IMG/VR virus record: IMGVR_UViG_3300032665_001045 | Coordinates: 3,519 to 67,518 of that record | DNA from: a virus | Length of the DNA: 64,000 bases | Reading direction: 5' to 3' (one strand) | In this document: piece after piece, positions 51,972-60,032 of the stretch | How the letters are laid out: each line of letters opens with the position of its first letter | Numbering within the stretch: position 1 is the stretch's first letter | Position numbers and translations under genes: made by a program | The notes under the pieces: model-generated | The model's database searches: none | What the model was told of the DNA's origin: nothing | Seen by the model: only the letters and a program-made list of their open reading frames with translations

Positions 51972-53141
51972 ATGACAACCCAACTATTAGAAGGCCGTTG
52001 GAACGAGACCAAAGACGCCCTGTTAGAAGGTCTACAAGGTTCTAAAAGAACTACAATGGCAATTATCTTAGAAAACACTAAGAAACACTTGATGGAAACT
52101 GCAACAGCTGGCGCTACAGCAGTTGGTAACGTAGCAACATTAAACCGCGTGATTCTTCCAGTAATCCGTCGTGTAATGCCTACAGTTATCGCTAACGAAA
52201 TCGTTGGTGTACAACCAATGACTGGTCCAGTTGCACAAATTCACACATTACGTGTGCGTTATGCAGACCAAGTTAGTGCTTCTTCAGGTGACAGCACTAC
52301 TCCAGGTGATGAAGCATTATCACCATTCAAGATCGCTACTGCGTATTCTGGTACAACAGCAGGTTTAGCTGCTTCAACATCAACACTTGAAGGTGTGCCA
52401 GGTAATCGTATTAACGTTCAAATCTTGAAACAAGTTGTTGAAGCTAAAACACGTAAATTAAGCGCACGTTGGACATTTGAAGCTGCACAAGATGCACAAT
52501 CAATGCACGGTCTAGACGTTGAAGCTGAAATTATGGCTGCTTTAGCGCAAGAAATTACAGTTGAAATTGACCAAGAAATTTTGGCAAGTTTAGCTTCTCT
52601 TGCTGGTAACACATATAACTTCAACCAAGCTACAGTATCTGGTACTGCTACATTCGTTGGTGACGAACATGCTGCTCTTGCAGTTGTTATCAACCGTGCT
52701 GCAAACTTGATTGCACAACGTACACGTCGTGGTGCTGCTAACTGGGCAGTTGTAAGTCCAGAATCTTTAACAGTATTACAATCTGCAACTACTTCAGCTT
52801 TTGCTCGTAGTACAGAAGGTACTTTCGAAGCTCCAACAAACACAAAATTTGTTGGTACATTAAACAATGCTATGAAGATCTATGTAAACAGCTTTGCTGC
52901 TTCTGGTACTTCAGTATTGGTAGGTTACAAAGGTTCTAGCGAAGCTGATGCAGCTGCGTTCTATTGCCCATATGTGCCTTTAATGAGTTCTGGTGTTGTG
53001 TTAGATCCTAGCACGTTCGAACCAGTAGTAGGCTTCATGACACGTTATGGTTATGCTGAGCTTACAAATACTGCTTCTTCACTAGGTAACGCAGCTGACT
53101 ACTTAGAAACAATCGGTATCTCAAACCTATCATTCCAATAA
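51972..53141 (+). CDS. gp23: Major capsid protein
   Basis: RRVMPTVIANEIVGVQPMTGP; AKTRKLSARWTFEAAQD; FYCPYVPL; GFMTRYG. Confidence 0.97.
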   Translation: MTTQLLEGRWNETKDALLEGLQGSKRTTMAIILENTKKHLMETATAGATAVGNVATLNRVILPVIRRVMPTVIANEIVGVQPMTGPVAQIHTLRVRYADQVSASSGDSTTPGDEALSPFKIATAYSGTTAGLAASTSTLEGVPGNRINVQILKQVVEAKTRKLSARWTFEAAQDAQSMHGLDVEAEIMAALAQEITVEIDQEILASLASLAGNTYNFNQATVSGTATFVGDEHAALAVVINRAANLIAQRTRRGAANWAVVSPESLTVLQSATTSAFARSTEGTFEAPTNTKFVGTLNNAMKIYVNSFAASGTSVLVGYKGSSEADAAAFYCPYVPLMSSGVVLDPSTFEPVVGFMTRYGYAELTNTASSLGNAADYLETIGISNLSFQ

Positions 53142-53170
53142 GATTAAAAACCTTAAAGGTATAGATAAAG

Positions 53171-53195
53171 AAAAAGCCCCGCAAGGGGCTTTTTT
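53171..53195. terminator. Bidirectional rho-independent terminator
   Basis: AAAAAGCCCC-GCAA-GGGGCTTTTTT between convergent genes. Confidence 0.9.
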
Positions 53196-53199
53196 GTGA

Positions 53200-53514
53200 C
53201 TAATATTTCTCGTTGTAATCTAGTGTATCGGTACGAGGAATATTTTTAACTAACTGTAAAATTTTATTAGCATCATTTCTATCAAAGTTCGGGTGTCTAA
53301 AGTGCCACTGTTTTTTACTTTCTGCCCTATCTAAACAATAAAGTAAATCCATCTTAACATCAAAACTTTTAGTAGTTAAAAGCAGTGCATTCATTTCTTG
53401 TATATCTAAAAAGTATTCTACATATTTCTTAGTAGCGTTAACACTGTTATAGTTAGTAGCACCACCTCTGAAAGTAGGTTTACTTTTTTTATATTTTGCA
53501 GTATACCAAGTCAT
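53200..53514 (-). CDS. Hypothetical protein
   Basis: 104 aa; AAGGAG RBS; own consensus sigma70 promoter; ends in TAG. Confidence 0.8.
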   Translation of the reverse strand: MTWYTAKYKKSKPTFRGGATNYNSVNATKKYVEYFLDIQEMNALLLTTKSFDVKMDLLYCLDRAESKKQWHFRHPNFDRNDANKILQLVKNIPRTDTLDYNEKY

Positions 53515-53542
53515 AATCTACTCCTTATACAAATGAAATGCA

Positions 53543-53571
53543 ATTATACTATAGTTTAGTTAATTTGTCAA
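53543..53571 (-). promoter_or_regulatory. Consensus sigma70 (early) promoter
   Basis: TTGACA-17 nt-TATAAT on the minus strand. Confidence 0.85.
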
Positions 53572-53736
53572 GTCTGCATACTTTAACCTAAAATAAGTTT
53601 CAGTTATGCCGGGTTCTATAATATCTATTGTGTAGCCACGAGAACTTTTATGAAATGGACCGTGCTTGACGTTATTATCTTTGATGATCTGTTGAAACTC
53701 ACGTAGTTCATTGTGTTTAATAGTTATCGTCATCAT
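53560..53736 (-). CDS. 58-aa hypothetical protein (not in the ORF track)
   Basis: MMTITIKHNELREFQQIIKDNNVKHGPFHKSSRGYTIDIIEPGITETYFRLKYADLTN*; overlaps the end of the upstream gene and fills the gap. Confidence 0.6.
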   Translation of the reverse strand: MMTITIKHNELREFQQIIKDNNVKHGPFHKSSRGYTIDIIEPGITETYFRLKYADLTN

Positions 53737-54283
53737 TGTCTAGATCCTCGTCTTCATACTCCCAAATTTCTTGACCGCTGGCATAGTCAAAGTAATATTT
53801 TTCGTTGGGTACTAACAAGCGGAATTGACCAGCATACTTAAGAGCAGCCAAGAGTGCTTCATTCTTGTCTGTTAGGTCACAGATAATAAAGCTACTGCCA
53901 CAGCCACCATGAACATGTTTAATCTCGCTGTGTTGAAATTCATCTGCTAATAAAGCATTATGAAAATTTCCACGATTGCCGGCAATGATACGATTAGCAA
54001 TGAATGGGTGTGGTAAACGTTTATCTAATAGACCTAACTTGCTGAGTGTAGCATTGTTATCGCGGTCAATACTTAGCTTACAGTCTTTAAACTTGATACT
54101 ACCTTTGGTACTTGGATTGTCTGGAGTTTCTTTAGTAGTCCAGGGAATTTCTGCTGATACATGATTTACATAAAATGTAATACCATGACTTTTGACACAC
54201 CACATAGGAACACTTGGATCCTCTAGGTGTTTTTTGTTAAAATGAAAAACTACGTCTTTACAACTATATTCAATCTACAACAT
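53717..54283 (-). CDS. Hypothetical protein with an in-frame TAG at codon 3 (readthrough candidate)
   Basis: AAGGAG-N9-ATG TTG TAG ATT GAA TAT..., in frame with the ORF-track ORF starting at 54205: ML*IEYSCKDVVFHFNKKHLEDPSVPMWCVKSHG. Confidence 0.65.
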
Positions 54284-54287
54284 GTTA

Positions 54288-54479
54288 TTACTCTCCTTGT
54301 TTATCAAGATACTTTCTTGTATCTGCTCTGGTATTTATACCGTGTAACTCCGCTGTTACTAAACTAGACAAATCCTGTGGCGAACAAACTTCTTCAAATC
54401 CTACTCCTAACTTCTTAGCACGTGGTACTACCTCGTTAAGTAAAATTTTTGCTGTAAGTTGAGCGTATTGTTTATCCAT
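54288..54479 (-). CDS. Hypothetical protein
   Basis: 63 aa; AAAGGA RBS immediately after the tRNA CCA end. Confidence 0.7.
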   Translation of the reverse strand: MDKQYAQLTAKILLNEVVPRAKKLGVGFEEVCSPQDLSSLVTAELHGINTRADTRKYLDKQGE

Positions 54480-54489
54480 ATAATCCTTT

Positions 54490-54563
54490 TGGTGCAGTTG
54501 ACGGGAGTCAAACCCGTTACCAGGAGTTTTAGAGGCTCTTGCTATTCGATCAGCTTCAACTGC
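54490..54563 (-). tRNA. tRNA with CUA anticodon (amber suppressor type), non-canonical
   Basis: 74 nt: acceptor GCAGTTG/CAACTGC, A73, encoded CCA; D arm GCTG/TAGC; anticodon loop CT-CTA-AA; T arm ACGGG/CCCGT with loop TTTGACT. Confidence 0.85.
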
Positions 54564-54572
54564 AATATGTTA

Positions 54573-54601
54573 ATAATACACTGATCTAAGCTGGTTGTCA
54601 A
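54573..54601 (-). promoter_or_regulatory. sigma70 promoter for the tRNA island
   Basis: TTGACA-17 nt-TATTAT, ending 9 nt before tRNA position 1. Confidence 0.8.
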
Positions 54602-54610
54602 CCATTTTAG

Positions 54611-54678
54611 ATAAATATATGTGTTCGCCCTTAATCGGAAGGGTTTATGCGGTCCCCACCGCGTATAGCCTAGAACGC
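54611..54678 (+). promoter_or_regulatory. Late promoter (ATAAATA) followed by a structured 5' leader
   Basis: ATAAATA at 54611-54617, then a three-stem GC-rich element before the AAGGAG RBS. Confidence 0.55.
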
Positions 54679-54702
54679 TAAACTTATACAAGGAGAAAAC
54701 AA

Positions 54703-55605
54703 ATGGGACGTCCTCTAAAAAGAAAATATTTTGGTGTTAGTAACGTTAATGACGGCCAATCATACAGCGGTACTGGTGGTGAAAGCGTAGTTAGCTTTAC
54801 TATTACTAACGTTGGTAGTAACTATTCACAAGGTGTAACATTAAGTGTAGCACCAAGTCCAATTGGTGGTACTACAGCATTAGATAGTTACACAGAAGCT
54901 GCTAACGGTTCTATCATGACAGTCACAGTGTCAAATGGTGGTACAGGTTACGATACTGCACCAGCAGTTACAATCAACAAACCAGGTAACGTTGCTACTA
55001 CAGCTACAAGTTACTATCCAGCCAGCAATGTACTTACAGTAGGTACTACGACAGGTTTATATATTGGTATGGCGGCTAACGTAGGATTTAGTTCAACTGC
55101 ACGCATTACTACAATTTATACAGCTAACTCAAATGTTGTATTAAGTGGTTCAAACACTGCGGCATTAAGTGGTACACCAATTAGCTTCGGTGATATCGGT
55201 TCTGGTGCAGCAATTACTGCGGTATTAGCAAGTCCAAACACTACAGCTAACACAATACAAGCTAACGCATGGATTACTGGTGGCACGATTGGTAAAATTG
55301 CTGACATTGTTAAACAAGAAGGCGCACGTCGTTATAAAGTAGTTAATGCAGATGGTACAGCATTAGTTAACCTATATGGTAATGCGGCTATAGTAGCAGC
55401 AGGTGGTCCAATTGGTCCAGGTCAAATGACTATTACAGCAACAGATTCAGCTGGTGGTACTTATTTCGTTGAAAAACTATATGATCGTACAGCTACCTTG
55501 AATCCGATAACTGGTACACAATTTACTCACTATCAAAAAGTAAAATGGGTATTCAATGGTCCGGCTGTTCTTAACACAAGCGTGACTTTAGCACAAAACA
55601 ACTAA
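54703..55605 (+). CDS. Virion structural protein (possibly head decoration)
   Basis: T/G/A-rich beta protein; monocistronic with late promoter, strong RBS and terminator. Confidence 0.6.
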   Translation: MGRPLKRKYFGVSNVNDGQSYSGTGGESVVSFTITNVGSNYSQGVTLSVAPSPIGGTTALDSYTEAANGSIMTVTVSNGGTGYDTAPAVTINKPGNVATTATSYYPASNVLTVGTTTGLYIGMAANVGFSSTARITTIYTANSNVVLSGSNTAALSGTPISFGDIGSGAAITAVLASPNTTANTIQANAWITGGTIGKIADIVKQEGARRYKVVNADGTALVNLYGNAAIVAAGGPIGPGQMTITATDSAGGTYFVEKLYDRTATLNPITGTQFTHYQKVKWVFNGPAVLNTSVTLAQNN

Positions 55606-55619
55606 TTTTATTAGTTATG

Positions 55620-55648
55620 AAAATAGCACCTACGGGTGCTATTTTTTT
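55620..55648 (+). terminator. Rho-independent terminator
   Basis: AAATAGCACC-TACG-GGTGCTATTTTTTT. Confidence 0.9.
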
Positions 55649-55691
55649 CTATATTGCTTTTAGCATAAATAATAGAAACTGGATGATTTAA

Positions 55692-56300
55692 ATGGCAATA
55701 GTTAAAAGAGTTAGTTCACCATATACCATACAAACTATTAATAGTACTGATGGAATTACCTTAAACAGTAGTTTGGTTACTGTCACAGGTAATTTAGTAG
55801 TATTGGGCAACACATCACAAATTGAATCAAATGCCACGAGCATTACTGATAACTTTGTTACATTAAATGCAGGTGAAACAGGTCCTGGTGTTAGCCTATT
55901 GGGTACAACTTCTGGGATTATTGTTGATCGCGGTACACGTGCTAATGTAAAATTGCAATGGCAAGAAGGTGCAAACGTTTGGCAAGTTAGTGATGTTACA
56001 GGTAGTGTTTTTGCTAATATCTACGGTGGAGGCCTAGCTGGTGATCCAAGTCCAACATTACACGCTAATTTAAATACTCAAAGCTATCAGATATTTTCAA
56101 ATGTTGGGAATATTAATTTTAATGGTAATTTACAATTAGTTAATCAAACTTCATTACCTGCATATAGCTTAGGTAATACGATTATCTATGCCGCCAATGT
56201 AGGTGGTGGTACATCTGGAATTTATGTAGTCAGCTCAGGGGCTGCAAACCAAGAATTAGTTACCAAAGCACGAGCATTTGGCTTTTCATTATTATTATAG
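55692..56300 (+). CDS. Virion structural protein
   Basis: GNLVVLGN...DNFVTLNAGE...GIIVDRG fibre-like segments; ATAAATA upstream; ends in TAG. Confidence 0.65.
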   Translation: MAIVKRVSSPYTIQTINSTDGITLNSSLVTVTGNLVVLGNTSQIESNATSITDNFVTLNAGETGPGVSLLGTTSGIIVDRGTRANVKLQWQEGANVWQVSDVTGSVFANIYGGGLAGDPSPTLHANLNTQSYQIFSNVGNINFNGNLQLVNQTSLPAYSLGNTIIYAANVGGGTSGIYVVSSGAANQELVTKARAFGFSLLL

Positions 56301-56309
56301 GAACACAAG

Positions 56310-56627
56310 ATGTCTTTAATTAACACCCAATTAACAACAAATATAGCAAATATATACGTTAGTACCGGAAACACGGTAATTCCAGTTACTTACTTCTGTA
56401 ATACATATTCATCATCGATTTTCTTTAATTTGTATGCAGTACCTTACGGAAGTTCAGCTAATGTATCTACACAAATATATAATAATGTACAAATAGCATC
56501 TGGTGATACATTTGTTATGGATTGGGAAAAACTGGTATTAGGCAGTGGAGATTCTCTAAGAGCAAATATTACTTCAACAGCTGCTAATTTAGCAGTTATT
56601 TCGACAGTTAGCTACGTAGGAATTTAA
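56310..56627 (+). CDS. Small structural protein
   Basis: 105-aa beta-rich ORF with EKLVLGSGDSL motif. Confidence 0.6.
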   Translation: MSLINTQLTTNIANIYVSTGNTVIPVTYFCNTYSSSIFFNLYAVPYGSSANVSTQIYNNVQIASGDTFVMDWEKLVLGSGDSLRANITSTAANLAVISTVSYVGI

Positions 56628-56628
56628 A

Positions 56629-57075
56629 ATGGGACGCATGATTAAAAATACCGTATTTAAAAATGGTAGTTATGCGATAGGGATTCCGCAAGGCTCAAGT
56701 ACAGTAATTCCAGCATTTCCAACAACAGGACAAGTGCGTTTTAATGACGATACTCAAAAATTAGAATTTTATAGTAATGTTAGTGGCACACCTACATTTC
56801 AAGTTATATCTCGTGAAGGAAATGCAAATATTCTACGTGATAGTTTTACTGGAAATGGTACACAAACTACATTTACGTTTTCTTCTATGTCATATAGCGG
56901 AATATCACTAACTACTGCGGTAAATTATGTGGTAGTATTTGTTGGCACAGTTATTCAACAACCTACTACTAATTATACTTTTCCGACCAGTAATAGTATA
57001 CAATTCCTTTCGGCTCCATTGAATGGGGCAACTATTAGTGTAATTCATAATCTCGGAAGTACAGTAGCGTCTTAA
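56629..57075 (+). CDS. Structural protein
   Basis: GQVRFN...LEFY and FTGNGTQTTF...VFVGTVIQQP..NY modules, shared with 60033..62879. Confidence 0.6.
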   Translation: MGRMIKNTVFKNGSYAIGIPQGSSTVIPAFPTTGQVRFNDDTQKLEFYSNVSGTPTFQVISREGNANILRDSFTGNGTQTTFTFSSMSYSGISLTTAVNYVVVFVGTVIQQPTTNYTFPTSNSIQFLSAPLNGATISVIHNLGSTVAS

Positions 57076-57109
57076 CAGCTTCGGCTAAATATTAGTTAGA
57101 GGGGTTGTT

Positions 57110-60031
57110 ATGGCATTAGCACAAATACCAGGATCGTCATTATTATCAAATCTTGATCGTCAAGGCTATCCATTATCATTTACAACGAACGGCAACGCAT
57201 TAGTCTACATGGACTTTTCAAGCTTCAGTGTAGGTATAAATGAAGCTAATCCTGCCTCTTTTGGTCAAAGTTTAGTAGTAAATGGCAATGCTCTAATAGA
57301 AGCAGGTCATATACTATCGACTGGTAATTTAATATATAGTATCGGTAACGTTACTAACCAATGGAATACTGTTTATGCTAATAGTATTTCAGGTACATTA
57401 TTAACCGCAAGTCAGCCAAATATTACTTCTATTGGTACTTTAGGTAATTTAACTGTTAATGGATCTATTACTTCTGGTACTATTAATGCTAATATTACTG
57501 GTAATTTAAATGCTGGTAATAATAGAATTATTAATGTCGGTACTCCTATAACAAGCACAGATGCCGCAACTAAAGCCTATGTTGATTCTGCAATTGCATC
57601 AGAAAGCTCAGGAAACTTAATTCCTTTAGGTACGCCAACAGTTAATAGTGGTAACCTACAGGCCAACGCAGCCTATTTAGGATTCACTACTGGTACACTA
57701 ATTACAGATGCTATTGATATTTTAAATTCAGTAACTGAAAACCTATTTACAAATACGTTTGTGCGTAGTGTTAGTTTTTCAGCTAATACTACCGCAGGTG
57801 GTGCAGGCCAAGATGTATTACTAACAATGGTGCCACAAGGCAACGTTAATCAATATGTAATTAATTGGGGCGACGGAACCGCAAACACAACAACAAGTTC
57901 TACTACGGCTACACATCAATATGCTACAAACGCAGGTACCCCGTTTACAGTTACAGTAGTAGCATCTAATACCAATGGTGCTGGGCCCAGCAATACAGCT
58001 ACAGCAACTATTCCTGGTTATATTCAAATTTACGGCCCTAATCCAGTAATGAGTTTTAACCTATATAGAACCAACACTGGTGGTACTGTTCTTAGTGGTA
58101 ACAATTTATATGTTATCCAAGGTAATACAGTATACCTACAAAATACCACAACTAACACAGCTACAAGTACAGTGACTTGGAGTGTGCTATGGGGTGATGG
58201 CACAACATCAAACATAGCCAGCAACAGTAATTCGGGTGGTGTATTGGGTGCTAACCTATCTTATACCTATAACAGTAATAGCGGAACAAGCACTGATACA
58301 GTAACATTGAACTTGTTAACAGATAATCTAGCCAATCCGGCGATTATCCCAATGAGTACTACACAGGCATTAAAAGTCTATGCTAACGTGCCACCAACTC
58401 CGTACGGTACAAGTACTAGATCGTTGGGATTTGGTACCAGCACAGGAACTTCACCGTATCTAGCATACGGATATACAGATAATACCGGTGGTACAACATT
58501 AACGGCAGGATCGTCAGTCAATCGTGCTACATACAATCAAGCTACAATTCTGATTAACACAGGTACAATTACTAACACATATACCTACACTGCTAACGCA
58601 GGCATATTAACAGCGTTAATTAATAATGTCGGCAGTGGTAATGTTAATTTAGCACTACCACAGACTACTGGTATATATGGAAATTTAGGATTGTCTGCTC
58701 TTAGTGATTACAATCTAGTATCACAATCAGGTGCCGCAACAACCTTTGCCAGTTCGATTTATTATCCTGGTTGGGGATACGGATTCCAGGCCAACGTATA
58801 TACGTCGGGTAGCAAACTACCTGTTGGAGTTAATAGAGCACAAATTGTACATTCAATTACTGGTTCTACACCTAACGTAGACTTTGTTGTAGACAATGTC
58901 ACTTCAACTCCGACCTTGTCAGTAGGCAACATAGCTATTCAGACTGCAGGCACCTATAGATATATTTCAGGTATACCATATTTTAACAGCGGCAGTCCGA
59001 CACTTTGGGTGCAGAATGTTACTATCGGTCCTAACTGGATTGGCCAAACTTATGCAAGTGTAGCAAATCCACTACAGGTATTAACTGGTCAATACCAAGA
59101 AGGAACATCGAGTGCAGTAGTTAATAGTACAAGTTATTCTTATACACAACTTAGCAATTCTAGTGCTACTATGTTAAACGGTAGTACACCGATTGCAAAT
59201 ACCGGTAATGCCAGTCCTTATGCTATTGCTAATTTAACATTAGCTATTACATCTAGCTCTATTAGAAGTATTGCTAATATCGGCATGTATGTAACAAATG
59301 TAAATGGAACAGCGGCAACACAATACGGTACAACCAACGTAGCAGTACATACAGCAAGTCAAAGTGGTATCAGCGAAATAGCTATTACGGCTAACGCAAG
59401 TTTAGGTGATGGAACGTATACTTCTAGTGGCGTGCGTAGTTTCTATTTTAATGCCGCAACTACAAATACACCTAGTTATGTAAACTCAACAAACTTCTAT
59501 ACTACATCAGTATACTCGGAAGCAAGTAACCCTGGTGTAGCTGGCACTAAAGAAGCAACTATTCGTTTAGGTGTACTTGGATATAATGTAACAAATTATA
59601 GTAGTGGTTACTTACCAGTTGGACCAAACCGTAGCGGTGATACAGGTACACAATATTTTACTTTTGCTTTCCAACGTAAAGCAGTGGCAAGTTTCCATAT
59701 TAATATTGTAGCACCATCAGGAGTTGCTGGTGCATGGATAGCTGCTCCAGGAACTACATTAGATAATACCAGTGGATTAAATGGTTGGTTACGTTGTGAT
59801 ACTCAATATGCAGGTAGTGGTAAACCTGGTAGCAATACAGGCAATGGTGGCAATGGATCTGATGGTGTAGCGTTTACTGGTAGCGATAAAATAACAGGCA
59901 ATACGGCATTAAATGGCAATTATCAAATGACATTAGGAACAGAAAACTTAACTAACGCTACGAATAACGTATGCTTAGTTCGATTAGCATTGGTAAGTGG
60001 TCAAACTGTAACTGCTTTGGGGATAGTATAA
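57110..60031 (+). CDS. Tail fibre/appendage protein with PKD-like domains
   Basis: DAATKAYVD; two WGDG PKD-type motifs; T/N/S/G-rich. Confidence 0.7.
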   Translation: MALAQIPGSSLLSNLDRQGYPLSFTTNGNALVYMDFSSFSVGINEANPASFGQSLVVNGNALIEAGHILSTGNLIYSIGNVTNQWNTVYANSISGTLLTASQPNITSIGTLGNLTVNGSITSGTINANITGNLNAGNNRIINVGTPITSTDAATKAYVDSAIASESSGNLIPLGTPTVNSGNLQANAAYLGFTTGTLITDAIDILNSVTENLFTNTFVRSVSFSANTTAGGAGQDVLLTMVPQGNVNQYVINWGDGTANTTTSSTTATHQYATNAGTPFTVTVVASNTNGAGPSNTATATIPGYIQIYGPNPVMSFNLYRTNTGGTVLSGNNLYVIQGNTVYLQNTTTNTATSTVTWSVLWGDGTTSNIASNSNSGGVLGANLSYTYNSNSGTSTDTVTLNLLTDNLANPAIIPMSTTQALKVYANVPPTPYGTSTRSLGFGTSTGTSPYLAYGYTDNTGGTTLTAGSSVNRATYNQATILINTGTITNTYTYTANAGILTALINNVGSGNVNLALPQTTGIYGNLGLSALSDYNLVSQSGAATTFASSIYYPGWGYGFQANVYTSGSKLPVGVNRAQIVHSITGSTPNVDFVVDNVTSTPTLSVGNIAIQTAGTYRYISGIPYFNSGSPTLWVQNVTIGPNWIGQTYASVANPLQVLTGQYQEGTSSAVVNSTSYSYTQLSNSSATMLNGSTPIANTGNASPYAIANLTLAITSSSIRSIANIGMYVTNVNGTAATQYGTTNVAVHTASQSGISEIAITANASLGDGTYTSSGVRSFYFNAATTNTPSYVNSTNFYTTSVYSEASNPGVAGTKEATIRLGVLGYNVTNYSSGYLPVGPNRSGDTGTQYFTFAFQRKAVASFHINIVAPSGVAGAWIAAPGTTLDNTSGLNGWLRCDTQYAGSGKPGSNTGNGGNGSDGVAFTGSDKITGNTALNGNYQMTLGTENLTNATNNVCLVRLALVSGQTVTALGIV

Positions 60032-60032
60032 T

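Noticed and set aside
54490-54563. Pyrrolysine tRNA call
   Set aside because: CUA and the missing GG/TTC are Pyl-like, but it has A73, a 2-nt acceptor-D linker, a 5-nt variable loop and no clean 6-bp anticodon stem, and there are no pyl genes in the window
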